Assembly (NCBI GenBank): GCA_052168235.1
Contig: JBQLZK010000033.1
Coordinates: 9,685-36,072, forward strand
Reading direction: 5' to 3'
Length of the DNA stretch: 26,388 bases
From: Thainema sp.
GTDB taxonomy: Bacteria; Cyanobacteriota; Cyanobacteriia; Phormidesmidales; Phormidesmidaceae
The translations under genes were made by a program, and so were the position numbers. The notes beneath the pieces were generated by a model that saw only the letters and a list, made by a program, of their open reading frames with translations, was not told the DNA's origin and searched no databases. Of the stretch, positions 16,793 to 24,989 are shown in pieces (within the stretch, counting starts at the first letter, position 1; the number at the start of each line of letters is the position of its first letter).

Positions 16793-19700
16793 ATGCGGAT
16801 TACTGATTGGATCAAGTGTGGGTTGGCTGTGGTGCTGTTAAGTGGAATGGGAGAAGTACCAGTAAGGGCGGAAGAAGAGCCAGTAGTAGTGGTGCAGGCG
16901 ACGGAGGAGGAGAGTGCAGCAGGTGAAGCGCAGGGACGAGTGATTTTAGAGGTTGAGGGAAGGTTGGATGAGAATAGTGGTGTTATGAACAACGGCAGTT
17001 ACTTCAACGTACATACATTTGAAGGTCAGGCAAGGGAGCAAATCACCCTTGAGTTAGTTGATGCAGACTTTGATGTAGTTATAGGACTTCTTGCTGCTGA
17101 TAACGAAATACTGGCTCATACGAGTAGTTTAGACTCGCAGATAGATGTTGAGCTACCTCTTGATGGAACGTACGCTATCGTAGTCACCTCGATGCAACTA
17201 CAAAGTGCAGGAACATATCATTTGCGACTGCATAAAGATGTTATAGATCAGGAAAATGTGATAGATGGATCACAAAATAGATTGTTTTCTGAAGTCGAGG
17301 AGAATGGTTATTTTATTGAAGAGAATAGAGATTATTATGATGCTCCATTATTTGATGAGTCAACTGGGGAGCCAATACTTATCGAATTATCTAAAGATGA
17401 ATTGAATCAGTATCTAACACAGCTATTTGTTACTAATAAAACTAACAGTTATAGCGAAAGTATTTTGAACAATATTGAAGAGAATAGAGATTATTATGAT
17501 GTTCCATTATTTGATGAGTCAACTGGGGAGCCAATACTTATCGAATTATCTAAAGATGAATTGAATCAGTATCTAACACAGCTATTTATTACTGACCCAA
17601 CTGACAATATAGATGCTTCAGTTGACGATCAGGAAAGAGCCTTGACAGAAGCTGCGCAACTTAATCAGCAGGCAAAGGAGTTGTTTGAAGCAAGACGTTA
17701 TGAGGAGGCCGCATTACTTTATGAGCAAGTATTGGCAATTTATCGACAGATATTGGGAGAAGACCATCAGAGTGTTGCTCAAGGCCTAGACAATTTAGCA
17801 CTATTATATGTTGCTCTAGGCCTCTACGAGAAAGCTGAATATCTCTATGAAAAAGTGGTAGAAATACAGCGGCAAATATTGGGAGAGATTCACCTTGATT
17901 TGGCAGTCAGTCTCAACAAATTAGCAGCACTTTATAAAGCTCAAGGACGATATGAAGCAGCCGAACTGCTTTATCAACAATCACTAAACATTGAGCTACA
18001 AGACATAGGAGAGCAACATCTCAACCTTACGAGTAGCTTCAAAAGGTTGGCAGCGCTTTATCAAGCTCGAGGACGATATGAAGCAGCCGAACTGCTTTAT
18101 CAACAATCACTAAACATTGAGCTACAAGTCCTAGGAGAGGAGCATCCTACTGTGGCAGCTAGCCTCATTAATTTAGCAGCACTTTATGTATATCAAGGAC
18201 GATACGAAGAAGCAGAGCCGCTCTATCAGCAATCGTTAGACATCAATCAACAAGTTTTCGGTGAACAACATCTTGGTGTGGCAGTTGGCCTCATTAATTT
18301 AGCAGCACTTTATCGAGACCAAGGACGATATGTAGCAGCCGAGACGCTCTATCAGCAATCGCTAGACATCCTTCAAGATCTAGGAGAGCAACATCCTATT
18401 GTGGCAGCTAGTCTCAATAATTTAGCCGCGCTTTATCAAGACCAAGGACGATATGAAGAAGCTGAACTTCTCTATCAGCAATCGCTAGACATTCGTCAAC
18501 AAGTCTTCGGTGAGCAACATCCTACTGTGGCAACTAGCCTCAATAACTTAGCAATGCTTTATGACTCCCAAGGACGATATGAAGAAGCTGAACTTCTCTA
18601 TCAGCAGTCGCTAGACATTCGTCAACAAGTCTTCGGTAAGCAACATCCGGATGTGGCAACCAGCCTCAATAATTTAGCTGGACTTTATCATACTCAAGGA
18701 CGATATGAAGCAGCGGAATCGCTCTATCAACAATCGCTAGATATTCTTCAGTCAGTCCTAGGAGAGCAGCATCCTACTGTGGCAGCTAGCCTCAATAATT
18801 TAGCTGGGCTTTATCATACTCAAGGGCGGTATAGAGAAATCGAGCTGCTTTATCAACAATCGCTAGACATTCGTCAACAAGTCTTCGGTGAGCAACATCC
18901 TACTGTGGCAGCTAGTCTCAATAATTTAGCCGCGCTTTATCAAGACCAAGGACGATATGAAGAGGCCGAGCCGCTCTTTTTGCAATCGCTAGACATCTTT
19001 CAACAAGCTTTGGGAGACAAGCATCCGGATGTGGCAGCTAGTCTCAATAATTTGGCAGGGCTTTATCAAGCTCAAGGGCGGTATGAAGCAGCCGAGCCCC
19101 TCTATCAACAATCGCTAAACATTCGTCAACAAGCCCTGGGAGAACAACATCCGGGTGTGGCAGATAGCCTCAACAATTTAGCCAGGCTTTATCAAGCTCA
19201 AGAGCGGTATGAAGAGGCCGAGCTGCTCTTTTTACAGTCACTAGACATCAGTAAACAAGTTTTCGGTGAACAACATCCAGATGTGGCAGGTGCCCTCAAT
19301 AATTTAGCAGTCTTTGACTGGGCACAAAACAATCTCATCTCTGCGTCAGACTTCTTGAGTCAAGGATTAGGCATTGAAGAAACTAATATATCAAACAATC
19401 TAGTTGTTGGTTCTGAACAACAGCGACAAGACTACATCGCCACAATCTCAGCAACAACTGATGCAACCCTTTCCCTCAACCTCCAATCCGCCCCCACCAA
19501 CCCCCAAGCCTCCCATCTCGCTCTCGAAACCCTGCTCCGCCGTAAAGGCCGCATCCTCGATGCCACAACCAACAGCTTCCAAACCCTGCGCCAGCAGCTC
19601 GATGCCGATAGCCAAGCCTTGCTAGAACAGTATCTCTCAACCCAATCGCAACTCTCCGCCCTCCTCTTCCGGGGCCTCGGCAATCTCACTCCCGACGCCT

Positions 19701-21142
19701 ATCGTCAGCGCGTCGCCGACCTCAAATCCGAAGCCAACCAGCTCGAAGTCCAGCTCTCCCGCCGCAGTGCCGAATTCCGCGCCGAAACCCAACCTATTAC
19801 TCTCGAAGCCGTCCAGGCCGAAATTCCAGCCGATGCCGTTCTGGTCGAATATGCCCTGTACGAACCCTTCAACCCTCGCGCCACCGCCCAAGCTGAGCGA
19901 TGGGGTGAACCCCGCTATGCCGCCTACATCCTCACCACCCAAGGCACCATTCACGCCATCGACATCGGTGAAGCCGCACCCATTGACCAGCTCGCCGCCG
20001 AATTCCGTCGTGCCCTCCAAGTACAAGATGCCCGCATTCAGCAGTTTGCCCGCGACCTTGATGCCGTCCTTATGCAGCCCATCCGCGACCAAATCGGCAA
20101 CGCCCAGCACATCCTGCTCTCCCCCGACGGCCAGCTCAACCTTATTCCCTTCGCCGCCCTAGTAGACGAGCAGAACCGCTACCTCGTCGAAACCCACCAA
20201 ATCACCTACCTCACCTCCGGTCGCGACCTGCTGCGCCTGCAAACCCAAACCGCCAGCCAACAGCCCCCCGTTCTCCTGGCCAATCCCAACTACGACAGCG
20301 CTGATCCCTCCGTTCAAGTCGCTGCCCTGGCACCCAGTTCAACCGTTGATCCTGATCGAGGCGACAACCGCCGCTCTGATGATCTAGCCACTCTGACATT
20401 TGGCTCCCTCCCCGGCACCGCCGTAGAAGCCGACGCGATTATTGCTCAGCTCGCTGAAGATGAAGAATACAAAGACAACGACATCATTCTCCTCACCGAA
20501 GCCAGCGCCACCGAAAACGCTGTCAAACAGGTGCGAAGTCCCCAGATTCTCCACATCGCCACCCACGGCTTCTTCATGGAGGACATTCCGCTCGTTGCCA
20601 ATGCCGATACCAACAGCGCCTTTGGCTTCTCCAGTCGCGGCGATACCGGTACGATCACAGCCATCTCCACGGCTCCCATCGCACCCCGCCAGCCCACTGT
20701 CAATCTCGAAAATCCGCTGCTGCGCTCTGGCCTTGCTCTGGCTGGCTTCAACCCCCGCCAAAGCGGCAGCGAAGACGGCGTCCTTACCGCTCTAGAAGCC
20801 TCCAGCCTTGACCTGCGCGGCACCCAACTCGTCGTCCTCTCCGCTTGCGAAACTGGCGTTGGCGATGTGGCCAACGGTGAAGGTGTTTATGGTCTACGTC
20901 GCGCCTTCGTGATCGCCGGGGCCGAAAGCCAGCTCACCAGCCTCTGGAAAGTTTCCGACCAAGGCACCGCCGACCTGATGACCGACTACTATCAGCGCCT
21001 ACTCAACGGTGAAGGTCGCAGCGCTGCCCTGCGGCAAACCCAACTGGAGCTGCTTTCCAGCTCAGCCTATCGGCATCCCTACTACTGGGCTGCTTTCATC
21101 CCCTCCGGCAACTGGCGACCGCTGCGTACCGGAACCGAATAA
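16793..21142 (+). CDS. Signal peptide-PPC-TPR-CHAT protease (CHAT-5)
   Basis: Leader ending VRA-EE; PPC-like domain (HTFEGQAREQITLEL...LPLDGTYAIVVTS); 13 kinesin-light-chain-type 42-aa TPRs; motifs HIATHG, VVLSACETG and HPYYWAAF. Confidence 0.93.
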   Translation: MRITDWIKCGLAVVLLSGMGEVPVRAEEEPVVVVQATEEESAAGEAQGRVILEVEGRLDENSGVMNNGSYFNVHTFEGQAREQITLELVDADFDVVIGLLAADNEILAHTSSLDSQIDVELPLDGTYAIVVTSMQLQSAGTYHLRLHKDVIDQENVIDGSQNRLFSEVEENGYFIEENRDYYDAPLFDESTGEPILIELSKDELNQYLTQLFVTNKTNSYSESILNNIEENRDYYDVPLFDESTGEPILIELSKDELNQYLTQLFITDPTDNIDASVDDQERALTEAAQLNQQAKELFEARRYEEAALLYEQVLAIYRQILGEDHQSVAQGLDNLALLYVALGLYEKAEYLYEKVVEIQRQILGEIHLDLAVSLNKLAALYKAQGRYEAAELLYQQSLNIELQDIGEQHLNLTSSFKRLAALYQARGRYEAAELLYQQSLNIELQVLGEEHPTVAASLINLAALYVYQGRYEEAEPLYQQSLDINQQVFGEQHLGVAVGLINLAALYRDQGRYVAAETLYQQSLDILQDLGEQHPIVAASLNNLAALYQDQGRYEEAELLYQQSLDIRQQVFGEQHPTVATSLNNLAMLYDSQGRYEEAELLYQQSLDIRQQVFGKQHPDVATSLNNLAGLYHTQGRYEAAESLYQQSLDILQSVLGEQHPTVAASLNNLAGLYHTQGRYREIELLYQQSLDIRQQVFGEQHPTVAASLNNLAALYQDQGRYEEAEPLFLQSLDIFQQALGDKHPDVAASLNNLAGLYQAQGRYEAAEPLYQQSLNIRQQALGEQHPGVADSLNNLARLYQAQERYEEAELLFLQSLDISKQVFGEQHPDVAGALNNLAVFDWAQNNLISASDFLSQGLGIEETNISNNLVVGSEQQRQDYIATISATTDATLSLNLQSAPTNPQASHLALETLLRRKGRILDATTNSFQTLRQQLDADSQALLEQYLSTQSQLSALLFRGLGNLTPDAYRQRVADLKSEANQLEVQLSRRSAEFRAETQPITLEAVQAEIPADAVLVEYALYEPFNPRATAQAERWGEPRYAAYILTTQGTIHAIDIGEAAPIDQLAAEFRRALQVQDARIQQFARDLDAVLMQPIRDQIGNAQHILLSPDGQLNLIPFAALVDEQNRYLVETHQITYLTSGRDLLRLQTQTASQQPPVLLANPNYDSADPSVQVAALAPSSTVDPDRGDNRRSDDLATLTFGSLPGTAVEADAIIAQLAEDEEYKDNDIILLTEASATENAVKQVRSPQILHIATHGFFMEDIPLVANADTNSAFGFSSRGDTGTITAISTAPIAPRQPTVNLENPLLRSGLALAGFNPRQSGSEDGVLTALEASSLDLRGTQLVVLSACETGVGDVANGEGVYGLRRAFVIAGAESQLTSLWKVSDQGTADLMTDYYQRLLNGEGRSAALRQTQLELLSSSAYRHPYYWAAFIPSGNWRPLRTGTE
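17314..17593 (+). repeat. 121-bp direct duplication (159-bp period) inside CHAT-5
   Basis: 17314-17434 versus 17473-17593, with 2 mismatches seen; encodes IEENRDYYD[A/V]PLFDESTGEPILIELSKDELNQYLTQLF[V/I]T. Confidence 0.95.
17756..19370 (+). repeat. ~13 tandem 126-bp TPR-coding units
   Basis: Recurring GEQHPxVAxSLNNLAxLYxxQGRYEEAExLYQQSL; one unit is one codon shorter. Boundaries are approximate. Confidence 0.9.
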
Positions 21143-21239
21143 GTCACCGTTCATCAGACAGATAAAAGAGTAAGTCGCAGATTCGTGCAGGGTGCAAATT
21201 TGCTTACGAATCTGCGATCGCACTTCATATCTCAAACCC

Positions 21240-21485
21240 ATGATGAACGCCTTCAAAACCGATCCCCCCATTCTGTTTTCTGGCCCTCTGCTGGGAGTTG
21301 TGACGACAACGATCTGTCCCAACCAAGCTGGACGCATCAAGTTTCAAGGCTCCTACTGGCCAGCCAAACTACATCAATCCAGCCATGTTGCCTGTATCTT
21401 GCCTAATCAGATCGTGCAAGTCGTCGGTCGTCAAGGCATTACGCTCTTAGTTCGAGAAGCCACGGGAGAGGAAGATGGAATTTAG
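21240..21485 (+). CDS. Stand-alone NfeD-like C-terminal (OB-fold) protein
   Basis: GVVTTTICPNQAGRIKFQGSYWPA...VQVVGRQGITLLV matches the NfeD pattern. Start is ATG 21240 or 21243 (ORF open from 21192). Confidence 0.8.
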   Translation: MMNAFKTDPPILFSGPLLGVVTTTICPNQAGRIKFQGSYWPAKLHQSSHVACILPNQIVQVVGRQGITLLVREATGEEDGI

Positions 21486-21579
21486 TCGCGTGATTGGTTC
21501 AAAGTGCTGAGAAAGCTGGCACTTGGATCTCTTCAAAAGTAGGAGTTGTCAAAAACGGCTATCCAGACCTCAATCAGGA

Positions 21580-21789
21580 TTAACCCTCCCGACTACGCAA
21601 CTCCCGAACAATCTCCTGAGCTAAATTTCGGCTCCATACTTGTTCAAATGGACAAGAAACGCGATCGCGATCGCGCTGAAACCAGGTAATCGCTTCTTCC
21701 AATTCAGCGACAGAGTAGGGATCGTTAACCAGCATCTTCGTTAACAAGCCTTCAATCACAAGTGCTTGAGCATCATTTAGAACCAACAT
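21580..21789 (-). CDS. Small hypothetical protein (69 aa)
   Basis: ATG at 21789 preceded by GAGGT; the upstream in-frame GTG (21792) overlaps the stop codon of the upstream small ORF. Confidence 0.55.
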   Translation of the reverse strand: MLVLNDAQALVIEGLLTKMLVNDPYSVAELEEAITWFQRDRDRVSCPFEQVWSRNLAQEIVRELRSREG

Positions 21790-21791
21790 CA

Positions 21792-21956
21792 CTACACCTC
21801 ATCAGTAGAGTTCTGTGTGCCAGACAGGGATCGGCGAGAACTATCAGCTTTGCTGAGAATGAGCAACGCTTGGTCAATGTCGCGAACCTTGATGCCTCTC
21901 AGAGCCGTCAGAATGGTTTTAATGAGGACAACTTCATCGGTTGTTAAGGTAATCAT
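21792..21956 (-). CDS. Small hypothetical protein (54 aa), absent from the ORF track
   Basis: GGAGGC-AAAC-ATG start; manual translation MITLTTDEVVLIKTILTALRGIKVRDIDQALLILSKADSSRRSLSGTQNSTDEV*. Confidence 0.55.
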   Translation of the reverse strand: MITLTTDEVVLIKTILTALRGIKVRDIDQALLILSKADSSRRSLSGTQNSTDEV

Positions 21957-22023
21957 GTTTGCCTCCGTTAAAAAACAATCTCGACTCTTTGGAGCCGAGT
22001 TGAAAAGAGTGTTGATAATACAA

Positions 22024-22057
22024 TTTAAGGCAAATGCCTTTTTAAGGCAATATACCT
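22024..22057. promoter_or_regulatory. Putative operator array in a divergent promoter
   Basis: TTTAAGGCAA occurs at 22024 and 22041. AAGGCA-AA-TGCCTT-TTT-AAGGCA gives three half-sites in alternating orientation, upstream of an RHH-like gene. Confidence 0.5.
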
Positions 22058-22097
22058 AGATTTAATTTAACGAAGACCGGATTATAGGTAGGTCGCC

Positions 22098-22313
22098 TTG
22101 AATACAGCAAAGCCAGTGCCTAAGCCAGCCAAGCCACAAATCCGGGTCTATATCTCTGAGGAGACTGATCGTCTGCTGAAAGCGATCGCAGGTATTAAGG
22201 ATTCTTCCGTGAATGCGATGGCAAATGAGGCGATTGAGGCTTGGCTCAATGAGGCAGAACAGCAAGAAATCATCGAGAAGTTTAATCTCGATAAGCTGGA
22301 TGAAATTGGTTAA
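22098..22313 (+). CDS. Ribbon-helix-helix (CopG-like) DNA-binding protein
   Basis: PQIRVYISEETDRLLKAIAGIKDSSVNAMANEAIEAWL has the beta-helix-helix pattern. The start may be GTG 22116. Confidence 0.75.
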   Translation: MNTAKPVPKPAKPQIRVYISEETDRLLKAIAGIKDSSVNAMANEAIEAWLNEAEQQEIIEKFNLDKLDEIG

Positions 22314-22421
22314 GTATGTTTCAAAAGGCGATTCTCTGGTCGATGTAGCCTCTCCTTTCTCATGCCCTTACCTCTCATCAGACCGATTAGCTAATGGGTT
22401 GAGCAATTACAACCTGGAATA

Positions 22422-24815
22422 TCAAAAAGCTTTTCTGTGCAATACTGGTGTCAAATTCTCCGGAATACCAGCCATCTGAATTGCGCTACAACCCATATCA
22501 TAAGCAAATTTGATTGACTGCCCTGCAAGAAGTGCATCATAAAAGCCAACTGCAAATTCGATCGCCGCTTGGTTGCCAATCGACTGGTTCATCCCCACTA
22601 CATAAGGTATATGTTGAACGATCGCATCTGCTTGGATATCTGAGTAACAAGCATTTAGAACAACACATTCTATCTGGTCACTAAACAATGCAAATAAAGC
22701 TGCGATCGCAGTCGCTGAAACAAGTTTAGATTGTCCAGTTTCATCCTCAAACATCAATCCTTCTGGTTCTATGGCAGAATCTTGCACAATTGTAAATTTG
22801 CGTGTAGATGTCAGTGCATTATCTGCTGCATCAACCCCAACTCCATGTCCACAGAAGTGAACAATCTGGGGATGGCAATCAAGTAACGCTCGCCGCACAT
22901 CGGTGACCGTTACTGCCCAGCGTTGCTCAAGATGGAAAGACTCTCGGTATTTGGATCGTTCTAAGCCAGTTTGAATTTTCTTGACCTCTTCGCCCAATCG
23001 CAACGGACGCGTTCCCTTTGGGTTTGCGGCTAGCACCAAAATTATCTTGGCCGACTGCAATGTATCCTGGCGGTTACCCAGATCATAATAGGTCTCGACA
23101 TAAATCTTATCGCTTTGCATGGCGGTCATTACCATACTTTCCAAACTGCGAATACGCTGATCCTTCTCAGTGATGGCGGCCAGCAGGGCTTGCAGGTCGC
23201 TGTAGGGGAGGGCCGCAGCTTCCCAGTATTTGGCAAAGTACTCTGCGCTGAGTTGAGAGCGATCAGCCTGACCTGTCACTCGGGTCTGCAGGCGAATCTT
23301 TTCATCCCCACGGCCTTCCAGCGCCACTACCTCCAGACCGGCTTCAGGATATTGCTCCGCCAGTTGTTTGAGGGCAACAGCAGCAGCGGTAGGATCGAGG
23401 CCCTCATGATGAAACAGATCAATGGTCTTATAGGCTTTAGCGATACGACGGGGATCAACATTTTGCTGTTGATACAAGTCTAAGGTTTTAATAATCGGGG
23501 AGATGAACGTTTCGAAATCCCCTGACCTGAAAGTTTCTTGCTTATTATCTGGTTTGCGGCAGGGGTCTGGATCAGTGGGGGTGGGCAGTTGCATGTAAAT
23601 ATAATCGCATCTCACATCAGCCAATTGTGTATCTGTTGAAATTCCCCAATTTTGAATATAAGCACCCGTCAAACAAGCACTGGACAAATTAGTTCTGGAT
23701 AGTTGCGTTTGCACCAACTTTGCATTGGATAGATCAGCCTGTTTTAGAGTAGATCCGCTTAGATCAGAACCAATGAAACTAGCATTCTTAAGATTGGCAC
23801 CCTCAAGATTTAAGCCTCGCAGATCTTTACGATCAAATATTTGTTCATAACCATCTTTCGTGATTACTAGCTGAGCAACTTGGGAATCTGCTAGATAGGT
23901 ATTCTCTGTGCGTGCTTGTTTGAGATGTCTGACCCCAAACCAACAGGTTCGCTTTAAAATAGCATTTCTAAAATCGCTGCTATTAAGGGAAGCTTGGGTA
24001 AAGTCAGCGTCTGTTAAATTGGCAAAGCGGAAACAGGTTCCACCACTAGCAGTAACTACAGTAGCTAACCGCCGAATTAATATATATCGAGGATTTTCCA
24101 AAACTGTCTGAGAACCAATGTAAACACTGAGGCTGGTCAGACCAACTGCAATCAGCCCCCCAAGAGGAATTGCTTGGGTAAGATGATAATGCTCATCGAA
24201 CTCAATTCCTTCCCACATGCCAGCAATTGTTCCTACAACCAATGCTGTTAGCGTAAAAGGGACTGGTCTCCTACCTAAAATGGTCTTGTCTATCGCAATT
24301 GCTGTTGAACCAGTAATTACGGCAGCAATAGCCGCTGCTGCATTTAAAAGCTGAAACACGAGAAATGCAGCTAGCGTTCGTTGTTCTTGAGTCTGACTGA
24401 AGGCGACAGCCACGATTGTTATCGTTGGGACTGAGATAATAAATATTCCCAAAGCCGCTCCTAGCCCACGTCTGACCAGAATTGTCCCTTCCCCGAGTAA
24501 CACCAGGCATGCACTGATTCCAGACCAAAACGCTAGCGGTTGATCCTGCGTTCCCAGCATTACACTGCTGATGGCACCACTGAGCCAACCTAAGATGTAA
24601 CCGCCTAAGAAGGCGAGTAATACTATACCTAAGACCAAACCAAGAGCCCAGTGTCTTTGCTGTCCAGCTTTAACCTGCTGAAAGTTTGTCCCAATCAAGA
24701 CTGCATTGCTGAAATCTGCACCTCGGATGTTTGCACCACTAAAGTCAGCACCAGTAAGATCTTGCCCTCGAAAGGAGCAACCTTGAAGATGGCAATTGCT
24801 GAAGTCTTGTGGCAT
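22422..24815 (-). CDS. Pentapeptide repeat-transmembrane-pentapeptide repeat-CHAT-like protease
   Basis: A[DN]F/Lxx repeats flank ~5-6 hydrophobic helices; the C-terminal domain has ILVLAANP, HFCGHG and VVLNACYS. Confidence 0.88.
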   Translation of the reverse strand: MPQDFSNCHLQGCSFRGQDLTGADFSGANIRGADFSNAVLIGTNFQQVKAGQQRHWALGLVLGIVLLAFLGGYILGWLSGAISSVMLGTQDQPLAFWSGISACLVLLGEGTILVRRGLGAALGIFIISVPTITIVAVAFSQTQEQRTLAAFLVFQLLNAAAAIAAVITGSTAIAIDKTILGRRPVPFTLTALVVGTIAGMWEGIEFDEHYHLTQAIPLGGLIAVGLTSLSVYIGSQTVLENPRYILIRRLATVVTASGGTCFRFANLTDADFTQASLNSSDFRNAILKRTCWFGVRHLKQARTENTYLADSQVAQLVITKDGYEQIFDRKDLRGLNLEGANLKNASFIGSDLSGSTLKQADLSNAKLVQTQLSRTNLSSACLTGAYIQNWGISTDTQLADVRCDYIYMQLPTPTDPDPCRKPDNKQETFRSGDFETFISPIIKTLDLYQQQNVDPRRIAKAYKTIDLFHHEGLDPTAAAVALKQLAEQYPEAGLEVVALEGRGDEKIRLQTRVTGQADRSQLSAEYFAKYWEAAALPYSDLQALLAAITEKDQRIRSLESMVMTAMQSDKIYVETYYDLGNRQDTLQSAKIILVLAANPKGTRPLRLGEEVKKIQTGLERSKYRESFHLEQRWAVTVTDVRRALLDCHPQIVHFCGHGVGVDAADNALTSTRKFTIVQDSAIEPEGLMFEDETGQSKLVSATAIAALFALFSDQIECVVLNACYSDIQADAIVQHIPYVVGMNQSIGNQAAIEFAVGFYDALLAGQSIKFAYDMGCSAIQMAGIPENLTPVLHRKAF

Positions 24816-24989
24816 TAACGCTCCAAGTTACTTAATCGTTTTGCTGACAACACACCGGACAGTTTGTGGACAGCTATGAGAGTATGCGAGCTTCGGCCTC
24901 TTATGACCATACAGTCAACTAGACATCAAGGGCTTCAGGATTCGTACAGAAAATTATCTGACCTATCAATAAAGATGAAGTCATATTGT

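Larger units (their letters stand above)
678..22709. repeat. Dispersed HIP1 octamers (GCGATCGC), about 20 copies
   Basis: Examples at 1875, 5093, 5281, 10021, 10549, 13605, 14073 and 21661 (overlapping pair). HIP1 is a hallmark of many cyanobacterial genomes. Confidence 0.9.

Noticed and set aside
19404..20874. Many overlapping alternative-frame and antisense ORFs of 60-160 aa (also 12278-12868, 9627-10113, 23115-23483 and 25585-25953)
   Set aside because: They are shadows of long genes with biased codon use and show no recognisable motifs.
3..21142. Naming the CHAT proteins csx29 or hetF
   Set aside because: There is no Cas7-11, csx30 or csx31 nearby, and the signal peptide-TPR-CHAT architecture does not support orthology to either gene.
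21762..22265. ORFs 21762-21947 (+), 21817-22059 (+) and 22062-22265 (-)
   Set aside because: They overlap better-supported genes on the opposite strand (micro-ORFs with RBSs, the RHH gene) and show no recognisable features.
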